From assembly GCA_003213595.1 (NCBI GenBank), contig QCMR01000001.1, positions 262,302 to 326,301 of the forward strand: a DNA stretch of 64,000 nucleotides, given 5' to 3'. Numbering within the stretch: position 1 is the stretch's first letter; each line of letters begins with the position of its first letter. The notes beneath the pieces were generated by a model. That model was given only the letters and a program-made list of their open reading frames with translations. It ran no database searches and had not been told where the DNA came from. Source of the stretch: SAR86 cluster bacterium AG-422-E19. Its GTDB lineage: Bacteria; Pseudomonadota; Gammaproteobacteria; Magnimaribacterales; AG-339-G14. Below are positions 1 to 8,900 of the stretch, piece after piece. A program made the position numbers and the translations under genes.

Positions 1-92
1 GCAATAGAAAAATCCACTACTTCCAATGAAGTATCTGTACATCCAATAAAAATTAATGCCGTAAAAATTAAAGCGCTGATATTTTTTTTCAT
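1..92 (-). CDS. Putative lipoprotein, N-terminal part only (runs off window start)
   Basis: Manual translation MKKNISALIFTALIFIGCTDTSLEVVDFSI: basic N-terminus, hydrophobic core, lipobox-like FIG-C; GGGAGAG RBS just upstream. Confidence 0.6.
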   Translation of the reverse strand, partial: MKKNISALIFTALIFIGCTDTSLEVVDFSI

Positions 93-140
93 TTTCTCTC
101 CCCGAGTGATAATTATCTTAATGCAATCAAAGTAAAACTT

Positions 141-1199
141 CTAATTTAAATCCGAGAGGTTTATTTCCTCTGTACCTACAGGCAAGACCACAAAAGTTCC
201 ATCCCTAGATAGGGTCCAATCTGTTCTAATCTCATCAACACCTCTTACAAAAACGTTCTCCATGATTCTGTTTCTTGGAGCTGGAGTAAGGTGATAAAAA
301 ATCAGGTGTCCAACATTTGCCATATTAGCTAATTTAGCTGCCTCCACTGGCGTCATGTGATAAGTCTTTATATCTTCAAGTACTTTTGCTAAGGGCTGAT
401 TAGGATCTCTTTCTAAAATTGCTGCCTGCATGATATTTATAATGTGGTTGGCTTGAGCCTCAGCAATCAAAACATCAGCATTTTTAGAATTAAGAGCTAT
501 ATTTTCATCGTAAGAAGAATCCCCTGTTATGACTAAGGATCTTCCCTTGTAGTCAAAACGATAACCAAGAGCAGGCTCAATTGGTTCATGGGTTACTTTA
601 AAGGCTGTAATTTTCAAACCGTTTTCGCTGTAAATGACAGGATCATTTAGATCGACAATGGTTGTATCAAAGCCGACAGACTTTATTGGCGCTAGCGCCT
701 CACCATGATGTTCATTTCTAAATCCATAGTCTAATTTATATGCCATTTCGAAGCCTGCGGTTACTATCTCTGTACCTTCAGGTCCATAAACAGGAAGTGC
801 TTTTGGACGACCTGGTAACCAAGTGGCCAAATGAAGATCCGCTAAATCTGAAATATGATCAGAGTGGAGGTGAGTGAATAGTACTGCTTTAATTTTATTT
901 GTTGGGACGCTGTATTTTCCTAAATTAACAGCTGCGCCATCTCCTATATCAACGATAAAAATATCCTCTCCTGCTTTTACAGCAACACAAGTTTGCGCTC
1001 TTCCAGGCGATGGTAAGGGCGATCTTGATCCACAAATTAATGCGCTTAGCGCCTCTTCTTCGGGGAACGGACTATCGGCTGTAGCTAAATTTGAAACAGC
1101 TGTTTTTAAAACTAAATCTTGTACAAAAGGAACTCTTAATGAAACAAAAATAATTAAGAAAAGAATAATAATGACGCCTAAAATTTTCCAAATTCTCAT
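141..1199 (-). CDS. MBL-fold metallo-hydrolase, RNase Z/AtsA-like, with N-terminal membrane anchor
   Basis: HLHSDH (HxHxDH) motif, THEP His, ITGDS, C-terminal YHLTP; hydrophobic residues 5-23; GGAGG RBS. Confidence 0.8.
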   Translation of the reverse strand: MRIWKILGVIIILFLIIFVSLRVPFVQDLVLKTAVSNLATADSPFPEEEALSALICGSRSPLPSPGRAQTCVAVKAGEDIFIVDIGDGAAVNLGKYSVPTNKIKAVLFTHLHSDHISDLADLHLATWLPGRPKALPVYGPEGTEIVTAGFEMAYKLDYGFRNEHHGEALAPIKSVGFDTTIVDLNDPVIYSENGLKITAFKVTHEPIEPALGYRFDYKGRSLVITGDSSYDENIALNSKNADVLIAEAQANHIINIMQAAILERDPNQPLAKVLEDIKTYHMTPVEAAKLANMANVGHLIFYHLTPAPRNRIMENVFVRGVDEIRTDWTLSRDGTFVVLPVGTEEINLSDLN

Positions 1200-1247
1200 A
1201 TATCCTCCATAATTTGGAACTGTAAATATACTAAAATAATCTAACTA

Positions 1248-1266
1248 TTGACAGTATGCATGTCAA
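1248..1266. promoter_or_regulatory. Palindrome TTGACA-N7-TGTCAA, forming overlapping divergent -35 boxes and/or an operator
   Basis: Perfect inverted repeat between divergent genes; minus strand has TAGATT 17 bp downstream, plus strand has TACTTT at 17 bp or TATACT at 15 bp. Confidence 0.55.
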
Positions 1267-1293
1267 AATATACTTTATAAATTTAACAGAACC

Positions 1294-2592
1294 ATGATAA
1301 AGATTAACGATCCATTAACTCTTCCTTGCGGGCAAGTTATCAAAAATAGAGTTTGTAAAGCCGCTATGACAGAACGAATTGCCTTGGGCAATAACTTTAC
1401 TAACGAAAAGCATATTGAGCTTTATAAAATGTGGGGTGCAGGTGATATCGGTATCTTACTTACAGGCAATGTCCAAGTGCACCGAGATAATTTAGAAGGT
1501 CCAGCTAATGTTGCAATTGAGGCAGATACTTATAAAGAACAAATGCCGATGCTGAAAAAATGGGCAGAGGCTGCAACTCAAGAAGGTAGCAGACTTTGGA
1601 TGCAAATTTCACATGCTGGAAGACAAACTCCAGGTGAGATCAATATGAGTCCCATGTCACCCTCCAATGTACAATTGAAGATTCCTGGTAGGAAGTATGG
1701 TAAACCGGTTCCTATGACTGAGGAAGACATTCAAGATGTTATCAATCGATTTGTGTTTACGGCAAAAATTGCTAGAGAGTCAGGATTTGATGGTATTCAG
1801 CTACACTCTGCTCATGGCTATCTACTATCTCAATTTTTATCTCCTGATATCAATCAAAGAACTGATGCTTGGGGCGGATCCTTGGAAAACAGAGCTAGGA
1901 TCCATCTGGAAATCATCAAAAAATGTCGAGAGGAAGTGGGTAATGATTTTGCAATTTCCATAAAAATGAACTCAGCAGACTTTCAAAAAGGGGGCTTTTC
2001 TCCAGAAGATTCCATTCAAGTAGCAAAATTATTCAGCGATTCAGGGATAGACAATATCGAAATTTCCGGTGGAACTTATGAGCAGCCAAGGTTATTGGGT
2101 TTGGATAAGGTGAGCATCAATCCAAAGAGAAGCGAAAATAGAAAAGAAAGCACCATTGCTCGTGAGGCATATTTCCTGTCTTATGCTGAAGAAATAGCAA
2201 AAGTTGTAAATATTCCGTTGATGGTAACAGGTGGGTTTCGAACTAAAGAAGGTATGGAGGCAGCATTAAGAGATGGAGCTTGTGAAATAGTTGGAGTTGG
2301 CAGACCCCTTTGTGCTAATCCTTACGCGATTAAAGAATTATTGTCTGGACAGATTGATGAATTACCAAAGTACGAAAAAACTCTATCTATTGGTCCCTGG
2401 TGGCTCTCACCGTCAAGCCCTTTCAGATTAATTCAGGCAATCAACGCCTTTAGTGCTCAAGCTTGGTTTTACCAACAAATCAAAAAAATGGGTAAAGGGT
2501 TAATGCCTGATTTAAATCTCAAACCTTGGAAAGCATTCAGAGAGGATGCTAAGGCTGATCAAGAGGCTATAAAAGAATATCAAAATTTTTAA
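1294..2592 (+). CDS. NADH:flavin oxidoreductase, Old Yellow Enzyme family
   Basis: KAAMTE, QISHAGRQ, GFDGIQLHSAHGYLLSQFLSP, NQRTDAWGGSLENRAR, VGVGRP motifs. Confidence 0.9.
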   Translation: MIKINDPLTLPCGQVIKNRVCKAAMTERIALGNNFTNEKHIELYKMWGAGDIGILLTGNVQVHRDNLEGPANVAIEADTYKEQMPMLKKWAEAATQEGSRLWMQISHAGRQTPGEINMSPMSPSNVQLKIPGRKYGKPVPMTEEDIQDVINRFVFTAKIARESGFDGIQLHSAHGYLLSQFLSPDINQRTDAWGGSLENRARIHLEIIKKCREEVGNDFAISIKMNSADFQKGGFSPEDSIQVAKLFSDSGIDNIEISGGTYEQPRLLGLDKVSINPKRSENRKESTIAREAYFLSYAEEIAKVVNIPLMVTGGFRTKEGMEAALRDGACEIVGVGRPLCANPYAIKELLSGQIDELPKYEKTLSIGPWWLSPSSPFRLIQAINAFSAQAWFYQQIKKMGKGLMPDLNLKPWKAFREDAKADQEAIKEYQNF

Positions 2593-2616
2593 TTCGAATT
2601 CAAAGGAGCTAAAAAA

Positions 2617-3039
2617 ATGAAAGTAGAAAACAAAGTGATGCCAAATGAAAAACAAATGGAAGAATTTTTAGAGGAAGGTAATGATGAGCCTATCTTTATG
2701 GTGAACCTTTTGAAATTCAAAGAGAAGGCAGAATATCCTGATAAACGTGAAACTGATCTTTCTGGAAGAGAGGCTTATGCCATCTATGGCGTAGAAGTGG
2801 TAAAGCATTTAGAAAAAGTGGGCGGCAAACCCATTTTCGGCTCAGATGTTACTAGACTTATGCTGGGTGAAGTGGAAGAGCTTTGGGATCAAGTAGCCAT
2901 TGCGATGTACCCCAATAGAAAAGCGATGTTGAAAATGATCTCAGATCCTGATTATATTGAAAGCGCCCAACACAGAGTTGCTGGTTTAGCAGGCCAATTA
3001 AATATAGAAACAAAGATAAGAAATAATGAAGGTTTTTAA
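2617..3039 (+). CDS. DUF1330-family (dimeric alpha/beta barrel) protein
   Basis: PIFMVNLLKF..A.Y, AY..YG, WDQVAIAMYP, R.AGL pattern. Confidence 0.75.
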   Translation: MKVENKVMPNEKQMEEFLEEGNDEPIFMVNLLKFKEKAEYPDKRETDLSGREAYAIYGVEVVKHLEKVGGKPIFGSDVTRLMLGEVEELWDQVAIAMYPNRKAMLKMISDPDYIESAQHRVAGLAGQLNIETKIRNNEGF

Positions 3040-3478
3040 AGTTTTAGGGCTTATAGTCCTTGTAGTTTTTTCTGTTTCGCTGTCTGCAGCGAAATACGAT
3101 AAAAAAGTTGATCCCACAGAACTCTACGAGAAAGCGACCAGTCATTTAAAAAATGAGGAATATCGCAAAGCCTTAAGAGTTCTTGGAAAATATACAAAAT
3201 CCAAACCGAAAGATGCCGATGGTTGGACGCTATATGCTTTTGCGCAAAGAAAGTTAAAAAATTATAAGAAAGCAGAAACAAATTATGAAAAAGCTCTTAA
3301 ATTAGATCCTGAAAATAAAATTGCTTTGGAGTATCAAGGTGAACTATTTGTCGAAACGGAACGTTTAGGACTGGCTCAAGTCAATTTGAATAAGCTCAAA
3401 GAGTTATGTCCTACCTCTTGCGATGAACTAGAGCAGTTAAAAAAATACATCAATCTAGAAGCTGAAAAATCCCTGTGA
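3026..3478 (+). CDS. Secreted tetratricopeptide-repeat protein
   Basis: Signal peptide, TPR pattern YEKALKLDPENKIALEYQGELF, C-terminal LCPTSC. Confidence 0.75.
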   Translation: MKVFKVLGLIVLVVFSVSLSAAKYDKKVDPTELYEKATSHLKNEEYRKALRVLGKYTKSKPKDADGWTLYAFAQRKLKNYKKAETNYEKALKLDPENKIALEYQGELFVETERLGLAQVNLNKLKELCPTSCDELEQLKKYINLEAEKSL

Positions 3479-4332
3479 TCATTTTAGATGGCAGCATGGG
3501 TAATGAATTGCTCAAAAGAACCAACAAACCCTCTTCTGGTTTATGGTCAGCGCAATTTCTAATTGACTCTCCAAATTTAGTAAAAGAAGTACATCAGGCT
3601 TATATTGATGTAGGTGCCCAAGTGATTACCACTAACACTTATTCAACAATCCCAAGTTACCTGCAAAAAGAAAATAAAACAATTTTAATGAAAGAGTTAA
3701 TTAGAAAGGCTGGCGTTATTGCGCGCGAGGTAGCTGACAACAATGACCAAGAAATCTTGGTTGCAGGTAGTTTGCCACCTCTTGATGAAAGTTACCGACC
3801 TGATTTGGTACCAAACGAAAAAGATTCCATACCTGTTTATGAAGAACTAATTGATGAGCTTAATTCTTTCGTTGATATCTTTCTATGTGAAACGGTTTCT
3901 TCAATTGCAGAAACTTCAAACGTTTTAAAAGCAGTAAAGAACAAGGCTAAGCGTCATAAAAAAATTTGGCTTTCATGGACTTTATTGGAAGATAAAAGTG
4001 GCAGACTTAGAAGTAAAGAAACCATTGAAGAAGCCTTTCAGTTTGCTGAAATTTTTAATCCCGATGCTTATCTTTTTAATTGCACTGATCCAATAGCGAT
4101 TACCGAAGGCATAAAGAAGTTATCCAAACTTACGGATAAACCAATCGGTTGTTACCCAAACGTTTTTGGGGTTCCTTTCGATTGGACCTTAGACAATGAT
4201 GTGCAAGTTGAACCTAGAAATCTTTCCGTGAAGCAATTTGTTGAGTACAAAAATTTGTGGGAAGATTTGGGAGCTTCCATCATTGGCGGGTGTTGTGGGT
4301 TAGGTCCTGATTACATCAAAGCCATTGCATAA
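3475..4332 (+). CDS. Homocysteine S-methyltransferase family protein (MmuM/BHMT-like)
   Basis: ILDGSMG, W-SA, TTNTY, GSLPP, and Zn-ligand motifs FNC and GGCCG; GTG start overlaps TPR stop. Confidence 0.88.
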   Translation: MIILDGSMGNELLKRTNKPSSGLWSAQFLIDSPNLVKEVHQAYIDVGAQVITTNTYSTIPSYLQKENKTILMKELIRKAGVIAREVADNNDQEILVAGSLPPLDESYRPDLVPNEKDSIPVYEELIDELNSFVDIFLCETVSSIAETSNVLKAVKNKAKRHKKIWLSWTLLEDKSGRLRSKETIEEAFQFAEIFNPDAYLFNCTDPIAITEGIKKLSKLTDKPIGCYPNVFGVPFDWTLDNDVQVEPRNLSVKQFVEYKNLWEDLGASIIGGCCGLGPDYIKAIA

Positions 4333-4334
4333 AA

Positions 4335-4380
4335 AAATTCCCCAGAAAACGTAACGCTTTCCAGGGAATTTATTTTTTTT
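4335..4380. terminator. Bidirectional intrinsic terminator
   Basis: AAATTCCC...GGGAATTT stem flanked by A and T tracts between convergent genes. Confidence 0.7.
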
Positions 4381-4386
4381 AGCTTT

Positions 4387-5364
4387 TTAAGCTACAAATT
4401 GAGAGAGTCTGCTTTTGATAATTTCTTCAGCATCAGAAACTATTCTTTCAACTAGCTCTTTACAAGTTGGTATATCATGAATCAGTCCTGCAACCATTCC
4501 ACAACTCCAAGCGCCAGCATCCATGGTGCCTTCTTGCATGATTTTCGGATAGACTCCAGCCACTTCATCCATGATGTCAGTGATTTGAATTTCATCACCC
4601 AAAGCTTTTTCTTTTTCAAGAATCTTTTGCACTGCACCGTTAGCTAAAACCCTTTCCGTATTTCTCAAAGGTCTCATGATCAATTCGGTATCCAATTCAG
4701 AAGCTGCAACCAAAGCTTCTTTCACGTTCTGGTGAACTGGTGCTTCTTTAGTTGCAATGAATCTTGTACCCATGTTGATTCCATCTGCACCCATAGATAG
4801 GGCAGCTGCAAGTTGTTGGCCATTACCCATTCCACCTGACGCCACAAAAGGAATAGAAAGTTCTTCAGCTGCTCTTGGTAGAAGAATCATGTTCGGTATG
4901 TCATCTTCTCCTGGGTGACCACCACATTCAAAACCATCAACACTAACAGCATCACAGCCAATTTTTTCAGCTTTGAGTGAATGTCTGACAGAAGTACATT
5001 TGTGGATGACTTTAATACCAGCACCTTTAAGGTCAGGCATGTAAGCTTCAGGACTTCTGCCTGCGGTTTCAACGATTTTTACTCCGCCCTCGACAATTGC
5101 TTTGATGTAACCTGGATAATCAGGCTCTTGAAAGCCAGGTAAGAAAGTTAAATTGACGCCAAAAGGTTTATCAGTCATTTCATGACATTTTGCAATTTCT
5201 TTAGCTAAATCATCAGGAGTTTTTTGGGTTAGACCTGTAATGATTCCAAGACCGCCTGCGTTGGCAACTGCAGAAGCCATCTCTGCAAAACCTACGTAGT
5301 GCATTCCTCCTTGAATAACTGGATGTTCAATACCGAACATTTCGGTGATTTTCGTTTTTATCAT
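4387..5364 (-). CDS. Nitronate monooxygenase family / NAD(P)H-dependent flavin oxidoreductase
   Basis: HPVIQGGM, VANAGGLG, PFGVN, ECGGHPG, ASGG, MGTRF motifs. Confidence 0.88.
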   Translation of the reverse strand: MIKTKITEMFGIEHPVIQGGMHYVGFAEMASAVANAGGLGIITGLTQKTPDDLAKEIAKCHEMTDKPFGVNLTFLPGFQEPDYPGYIKAIVEGGVKIVETAGRSPEAYMPDLKGAGIKVIHKCTSVRHSLKAEKIGCDAVSVDGFECGGHPGEDDIPNMILLPRAAEELSIPFVASGGMGNGQQLAAALSMGADGINMGTRFIATKEAPVHQNVKEALVAASELDTELIMRPLRNTERVLANGAVQKILEKEKALGDEIQITDIMDEVAGVYPKIMQEGTMDAGAWSCGMVAGLIHDIPTCKELVERIVSDAEEIIKSRLSQFVA

Positions 5365-5438
5365 TTTTTCTCCCTAATAAATTGAAAGCTTAATTTAAAG
5401 CCCATAAGGCTTTTTGTCTACCAAAAGACTTGATTATT

Positions 5439-7115
5439 TTAAGCCCAAGCTGACTTGATCATATCAGCTGCTTTTTCTCCAATCATAATGGTTGGAGCGT
5501 TTGTATTTCCTCCAACCAAAGTTGGCATGATGGAGGCATCTACAACTCGAACATTTTCAAGTGCATGAACTTTGAGTTCATGATTCACTACACTCATCTC
5601 ATCAGAACCCATTTTGCAAGTCCCCACAGGATGATAGACGGTATCTGCTCGAGCACGCATTGCGGCTTCAATATCTGCATCACTGTTGATATCGACAGGA
5701 TCTTGGACTTTCCTGGTAAAGGTTCTTAAAGGCTCAGCGTCCATGATCTGCATCATCTTTCGGTAACCCTTTATCATGATATCCATATCTTCTTTCTCGG
5801 AAAAAAACTTGGGATCAATTTTTGGCGAGTCAAGGGCATCGTTTGAATTGAGAGTAACCTCACCTTTAGATTTGGGCCTCAACAAACAAACGTGACAACC
5901 CAGACCATGACCAAAAGCAATGGTTCTGCCATGGTCAATTATTTTTGCTAAGACAAAGTGCAGTTGTATATCTGGAATTTCCAAACTTTCATCGGTTTTG
6001 ATAAAACCTCCAGCTTCAGCTACTGTTGAGGTCATTTGCCCCTTTCTAGTAAATAGATATTTCAATAGTTCAAACGGCTGACGATATAAAAGTGATTTAA
6101 ACGAGAAACCCAATAAATCCGTATCGTCTACTGGGTGATTGGTAATGTAATCGATGTGATCCTGAAGATTTTTCCCTACACCTGGGATATTAAAGACGGT
6201 GTCTATCCCATGTCTGTTCAATTCTTCGGCAGGCCCTATGCCAGAGCGCATTAAAATTTGCGGCGAGCCGAAAGCTCCCGAAGAAACAATTACTTCTCGG
6301 TGGCATTTCAAATGAATTTTATTTTTTTGTTTATCAAAACAATCCACGCCTATTGCTTTATTGCCTTCAAATACAATTCGATCTACTTGGGTATCCGTTA
6401 AGACCGTAAGATTGGGTCTATCTAAATTTGGCGTTAGATAAGCTGCTGCAGCGCTCCATCTTCTGCCTTGTTTTTGTGTAGTGTGGTAATAGCCAATACC
6501 TTCTTGGTCGGCACCATTGAAATCCTGATTTTCTTTATAAAATTTAGTACCCGCTTCAATAAAGTAGTCTTTATATTTTGAATTATTCTCCACGGCGGTA
6601 ACATTTAAAGGCCCTCCTTGACCATGAAAGGCATCATCGACCAATTCGTTATGTTCCGCTTTTTTAAAGTAAGGCAATACTTCATCGTAAGACCAGCCTG
6701 AATTTCCAAGTTTTGACCAATGATCGTAATCCCAACGATGTCCTCTCACATAGAGCATGGCATTTATTGAACTCGATCCTCCTAAAGTCTTTCCTCTCGG
6801 TTGATAACCTTTTCGATGTTCTTCGGGTTCATCTTTCATGGTGTGGGTTTGACCTGTCGGATCAGCTACAACGACTTCTGTAGCCGGTAATTTTTCTTTA
6901 GCAAAACCTTTTTGAGGTTCGGTTTCAAAAGCCCAATTCATTTTGCTTGTTGGTCCCATATAAGCAAACAAGGCGGGTACGTGAATTCTTACATCTTTAT
7001 CTTTGGAACCTGCTTCAATGAGACAAACTTTGTGATTTGGATTTTCTGAAAGTCTGCCAGCTAGTACACACCCAGCTGAACCTGCTCCTAAAATGATGTA
7101 ATCGAATTCATTCAT
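5439..7115 (-). CDS. GMC oxidoreductase, AlkJ/choline-dehydrogenase family
   Basis: GAGSAG FAD motif, [51 protein letters not shown]. Confidence 0.92.
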   Translation of the reverse strand: MNEFDYIILGAGSAGCVLAGRLSENPNHKVCLIEAGSKDKDVRIHVPALFAYMGPTSKMNWAFETEPQKGFAKEKLPATEVVVADPTGQTHTMKDEPEEHRKGYQPRGKTLGGSSSINAMLYVRGHRWDYDHWSKLGNSGWSYDEVLPYFKKAEHNELVDDAFHGQGGPLNVTAVENNSKYKDYFIEAGTKFYKENQDFNGADQEGIGYYHTTQKQGRRWSAAAAYLTPNLDRPNLTVLTDTQVDRIVFEGNKAIGVDCFDKQKNKIHLKCHREVIVSSGAFGSPQILMRSGIGPAEELNRHGIDTVFNIPGVGKNLQDHIDYITNHPVDDTDLLGFSFKSLLYRQPFELLKYLFTRKGQMTSTVAEAGGFIKTDESLEIPDIQLHFVLAKIIDHGRTIAFGHGLGCHVCLLRPKSKGEVTLNSNDALDSPKIDPKFFSEKEDMDIMIKGYRKMMQIMDAEPLRTFTRKVQDPVDINSDADIEAAMRARADTVYHPVGTCKMGSDEMSVVNHELKVHALENVRVVDASIMPTLVGGNTNAPTIMIGEKAADMIKSAWA

Positions 7116-7157
7116 TGATTTTCCTCTAATAAAGATTATTTTATGAATTTTAAAAAT

Positions 7158-8165
7158 TTATTCCATAGTGATTGAAATTTTTCCGAAATGTTTGTTATCG
7201 ATCTGATGTTGAAAAGCTTCTGCTAATTCAGCCAAATCAAATGCATCACTAATGACAGGTTTGATTTCAGAATTATCCAGATACTCAACCATAGCCTTTT
7301 GCGATTGATGATTTGCCATCGCAATTCCACTGGTTCTGACTTGTTTAAGAAAAATTCGCGGTAAAACCAATTCATTTGCTGCAGGCCCACTCAATACACC
7401 AATTAAGGCAATATGGCCGCCAAGCTTTACTGCTCGAATGGATTCGTTGAAAGTCTCTCCACCTCCTACTTCAACAACATGATCGACACCTTCGTTATCT
7501 GTGAGTTCCAAAACTTTTTCTCCCCATTTAGGATGTTCTTTGTAATTAATGATTTCATCTGCTCCAAGAGCTTTTAATTTTTCAGCTTTTTCTTCAGATG
7601 AGGTTGTAGCTATAACTTTGGCACCCATTTCTTTGGCAAACTGAAGAGCAATAATTGAAACTCCTCCAGTTCCTTGAACCAAAACAGATTCTCCAGATTG
7701 CAATCTCCCTTCATCTACAAGTGCTCGCCAAGCAGTCAAACCCGCACAGGGTAGAGTAGCTGCTTCTTGTAATGACCATTTTGAAGGCATTTTAGTAACG
7801 GCAGTTTCTTCAATAGCAATATACTCAGTGGCATAGCCGTCCTGATTATCTCCAATAAAACTCAATAACTCATAACGCGGAGGCCCATCAATCCAATTAG
7901 GGAAACACGCACTCATGACCTTATCTCCAACTTTCCAGCTTTTAACTGCTGTTCCAATTTCAACTACCTCGCCGGCAGCATCACCCAACAAAACACGTCC
8001 ATCATCGGTAGGAATCAATCCCAAAGCGCACATTAAATCGTGATAGTTAAGGCTACTCGCATTAACTTTGATTAAAATTTCGTTATCTTTTGGTTTAGGA
8101 ATTTCCAATTCATTAAGTTTGAATTTATCCAACCCCCCAGGTTTTGCTAGTTGCATCTGTCTCAT
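7158..8165 (-). CDS. NAD(P)-dependent medium-chain dehydrogenase/reductase (quinone oxidoreductase-like)
   Basis: SLNYHDL, AATLPCAGLTAW, QGTGGVS, VEVGG, HFGKI motifs. Confidence 0.88.
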   Translation of the reverse strand: MRQMQLAKPGGLDKFKLNELEIPKPKDNEILIKVNASSLNYHDLMCALGLIPTDDGRVLLGDAAGEVVEIGTAVKSWKVGDKVMSACFPNWIDGPPRYELLSFIGDNQDGYATEYIAIEETAVTKMPSKWSLQEAATLPCAGLTAWRALVDEGRLQSGESVLVQGTGGVSIIALQFAKEMGAKVIATTSSEEKAEKLKALGADEIINYKEHPKWGEKVLELTDNEGVDHVVEVGGGETFNESIRAVKLGGHIALIGVLSGPAANELVLPRIFLKQVRTSGIAMANHQSQKAMVEYLDNSEIKPVISDAFDLAELAEAFQHQIDNKHFGKISITME

Positions 8166-8260
8166 AATTTATTCCTCGTGTGTAAGATTTTTATTAGAAC
8201 AAAAAAGTCCTTTTTTTAGAATGAAAACTAAGGATTTAAAAAGAATAAAAAAATGTTTTT

Positions 8261-8300
8261 TTATAACTTTTGTGAAATTAGTTATAATTTTTTGTGAATT
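8261..8300. repeat. Imperfect direct repeat TTATAA-(N4-5)-TGTGAA x2, 21-22 bp period
   Basis: TTATAACTTTTGTGAA at 8261 and TTATAATTTTTTGTGAA at 8282. Confidence 0.5.
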
Positions 8301-8583
8301 TTATGAGAAATCCCCTTTTTACATCTAGTAAAAAAGCCTGTAAGTACTATACTTTCGGCGATTTTGATCGATTGTAAATATTTGAAACAGTAAAATTTCA
8401 ATTTGAGTGCAAAAATCGGCAATTTTGTTAATTTTTCATCATTTTTAGCCTTTTTTTGCAGTTGTATAATGCTCTCGATTTAAAAAGGAGCTTATTTTAG
8501 AAATCATCTTTTTAAATGAACTTTTAAAAGATTAATCTCTCTAGTAAGTATCTTAATTAACCATCAGCTTAAAGGAGTTAGCG

Positions 8584-8676
8584 ATGATCAATAGAGTGGT
8601 AACAGGAACTTTAGGATTTTGTTTTTGCCTCTCTTTTATTCTTTATTTAGGAGTGATAGCAATTAACTTTTTCTAA
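8584..8676 (+). CDS. Small single-pass membrane peptide, 30 aa (MINRVVTGTLGFCFCLSFILYLGVIAINFF)
   Basis: AAAGGAG RBS at 8571-8577, hydrophobic ORF, TATAAT at 8465, strong terminator downstream; below the ORF-track size cutoff. Confidence 0.6.
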   Translation: MINRVVTGTLGFCFCLSFILYLGVIAINFF

Positions 8677-8715
8677 TACTCTAAAGAAATAAATTTATAA
8701 AGTTCTCCCCCCCCT

Positions 8716-8748
8716 AATCCCCTTGCTTCGGCAAGGGGATTTCTTTTT
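8716..8748 (+). terminator. Intrinsic terminator
   Basis: 11-bp stem AATCCCCTTGC/GCAAGGGGATT with TTCG tetraloop, followed by TCTTTTT. Confidence 0.85.
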
Positions 8749-8773
8749 GGGAAATAATAACTTAGAGTGCGGT

Positions 8774-8896
8774 ATGACCAAACAATGTGAAGAGTGCCTT
8801 AAAGAACTGCCTTTCAGTTACTTCTCCAAACAAAGAGGCGGCTTGATGGGGCTCAGAAGAGTTTGTCGATCCTGCGAAAAAAAGAACTTCTGCTGA
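8774..8896 (+). CDS. Small CxxC-x22-CxxC zinc-ribbon-like protein, 40 aa (MTKQCEECLKELPFSYFSKQRGGLMGLRRVCRSCEKKNFC)
   Basis: Manual translation; two CxxC pairs; fills the gap between terminator and selO stop; no clear RBS. Confidence 0.5.
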   Translation: MTKQCEECLKELPFSYFSKQRGGLMGLRRVCRSCEKKNFC

Positions 8897-8900
8897 ATGC

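Noticed and set aside
874-1212. 112-aa plus-strand ORF
   Set aside because: Antisense shadow of the MBL hydrolase; no RBS or family motif
5439-7115. Naming the GMC enzyme betA and linking it to betaine supply for the HMT
   Set aside because: Motifs fit the broad AlkJ-like group; no betB/betI/betT nearby; substrate cannot be assigned
8166-8583. oriC or dif in the long AT-rich gap
   Set aside because: No cluster of TTATCCACA-like DnaA boxes and no XerC/XerD 11-6-11 site recognisable
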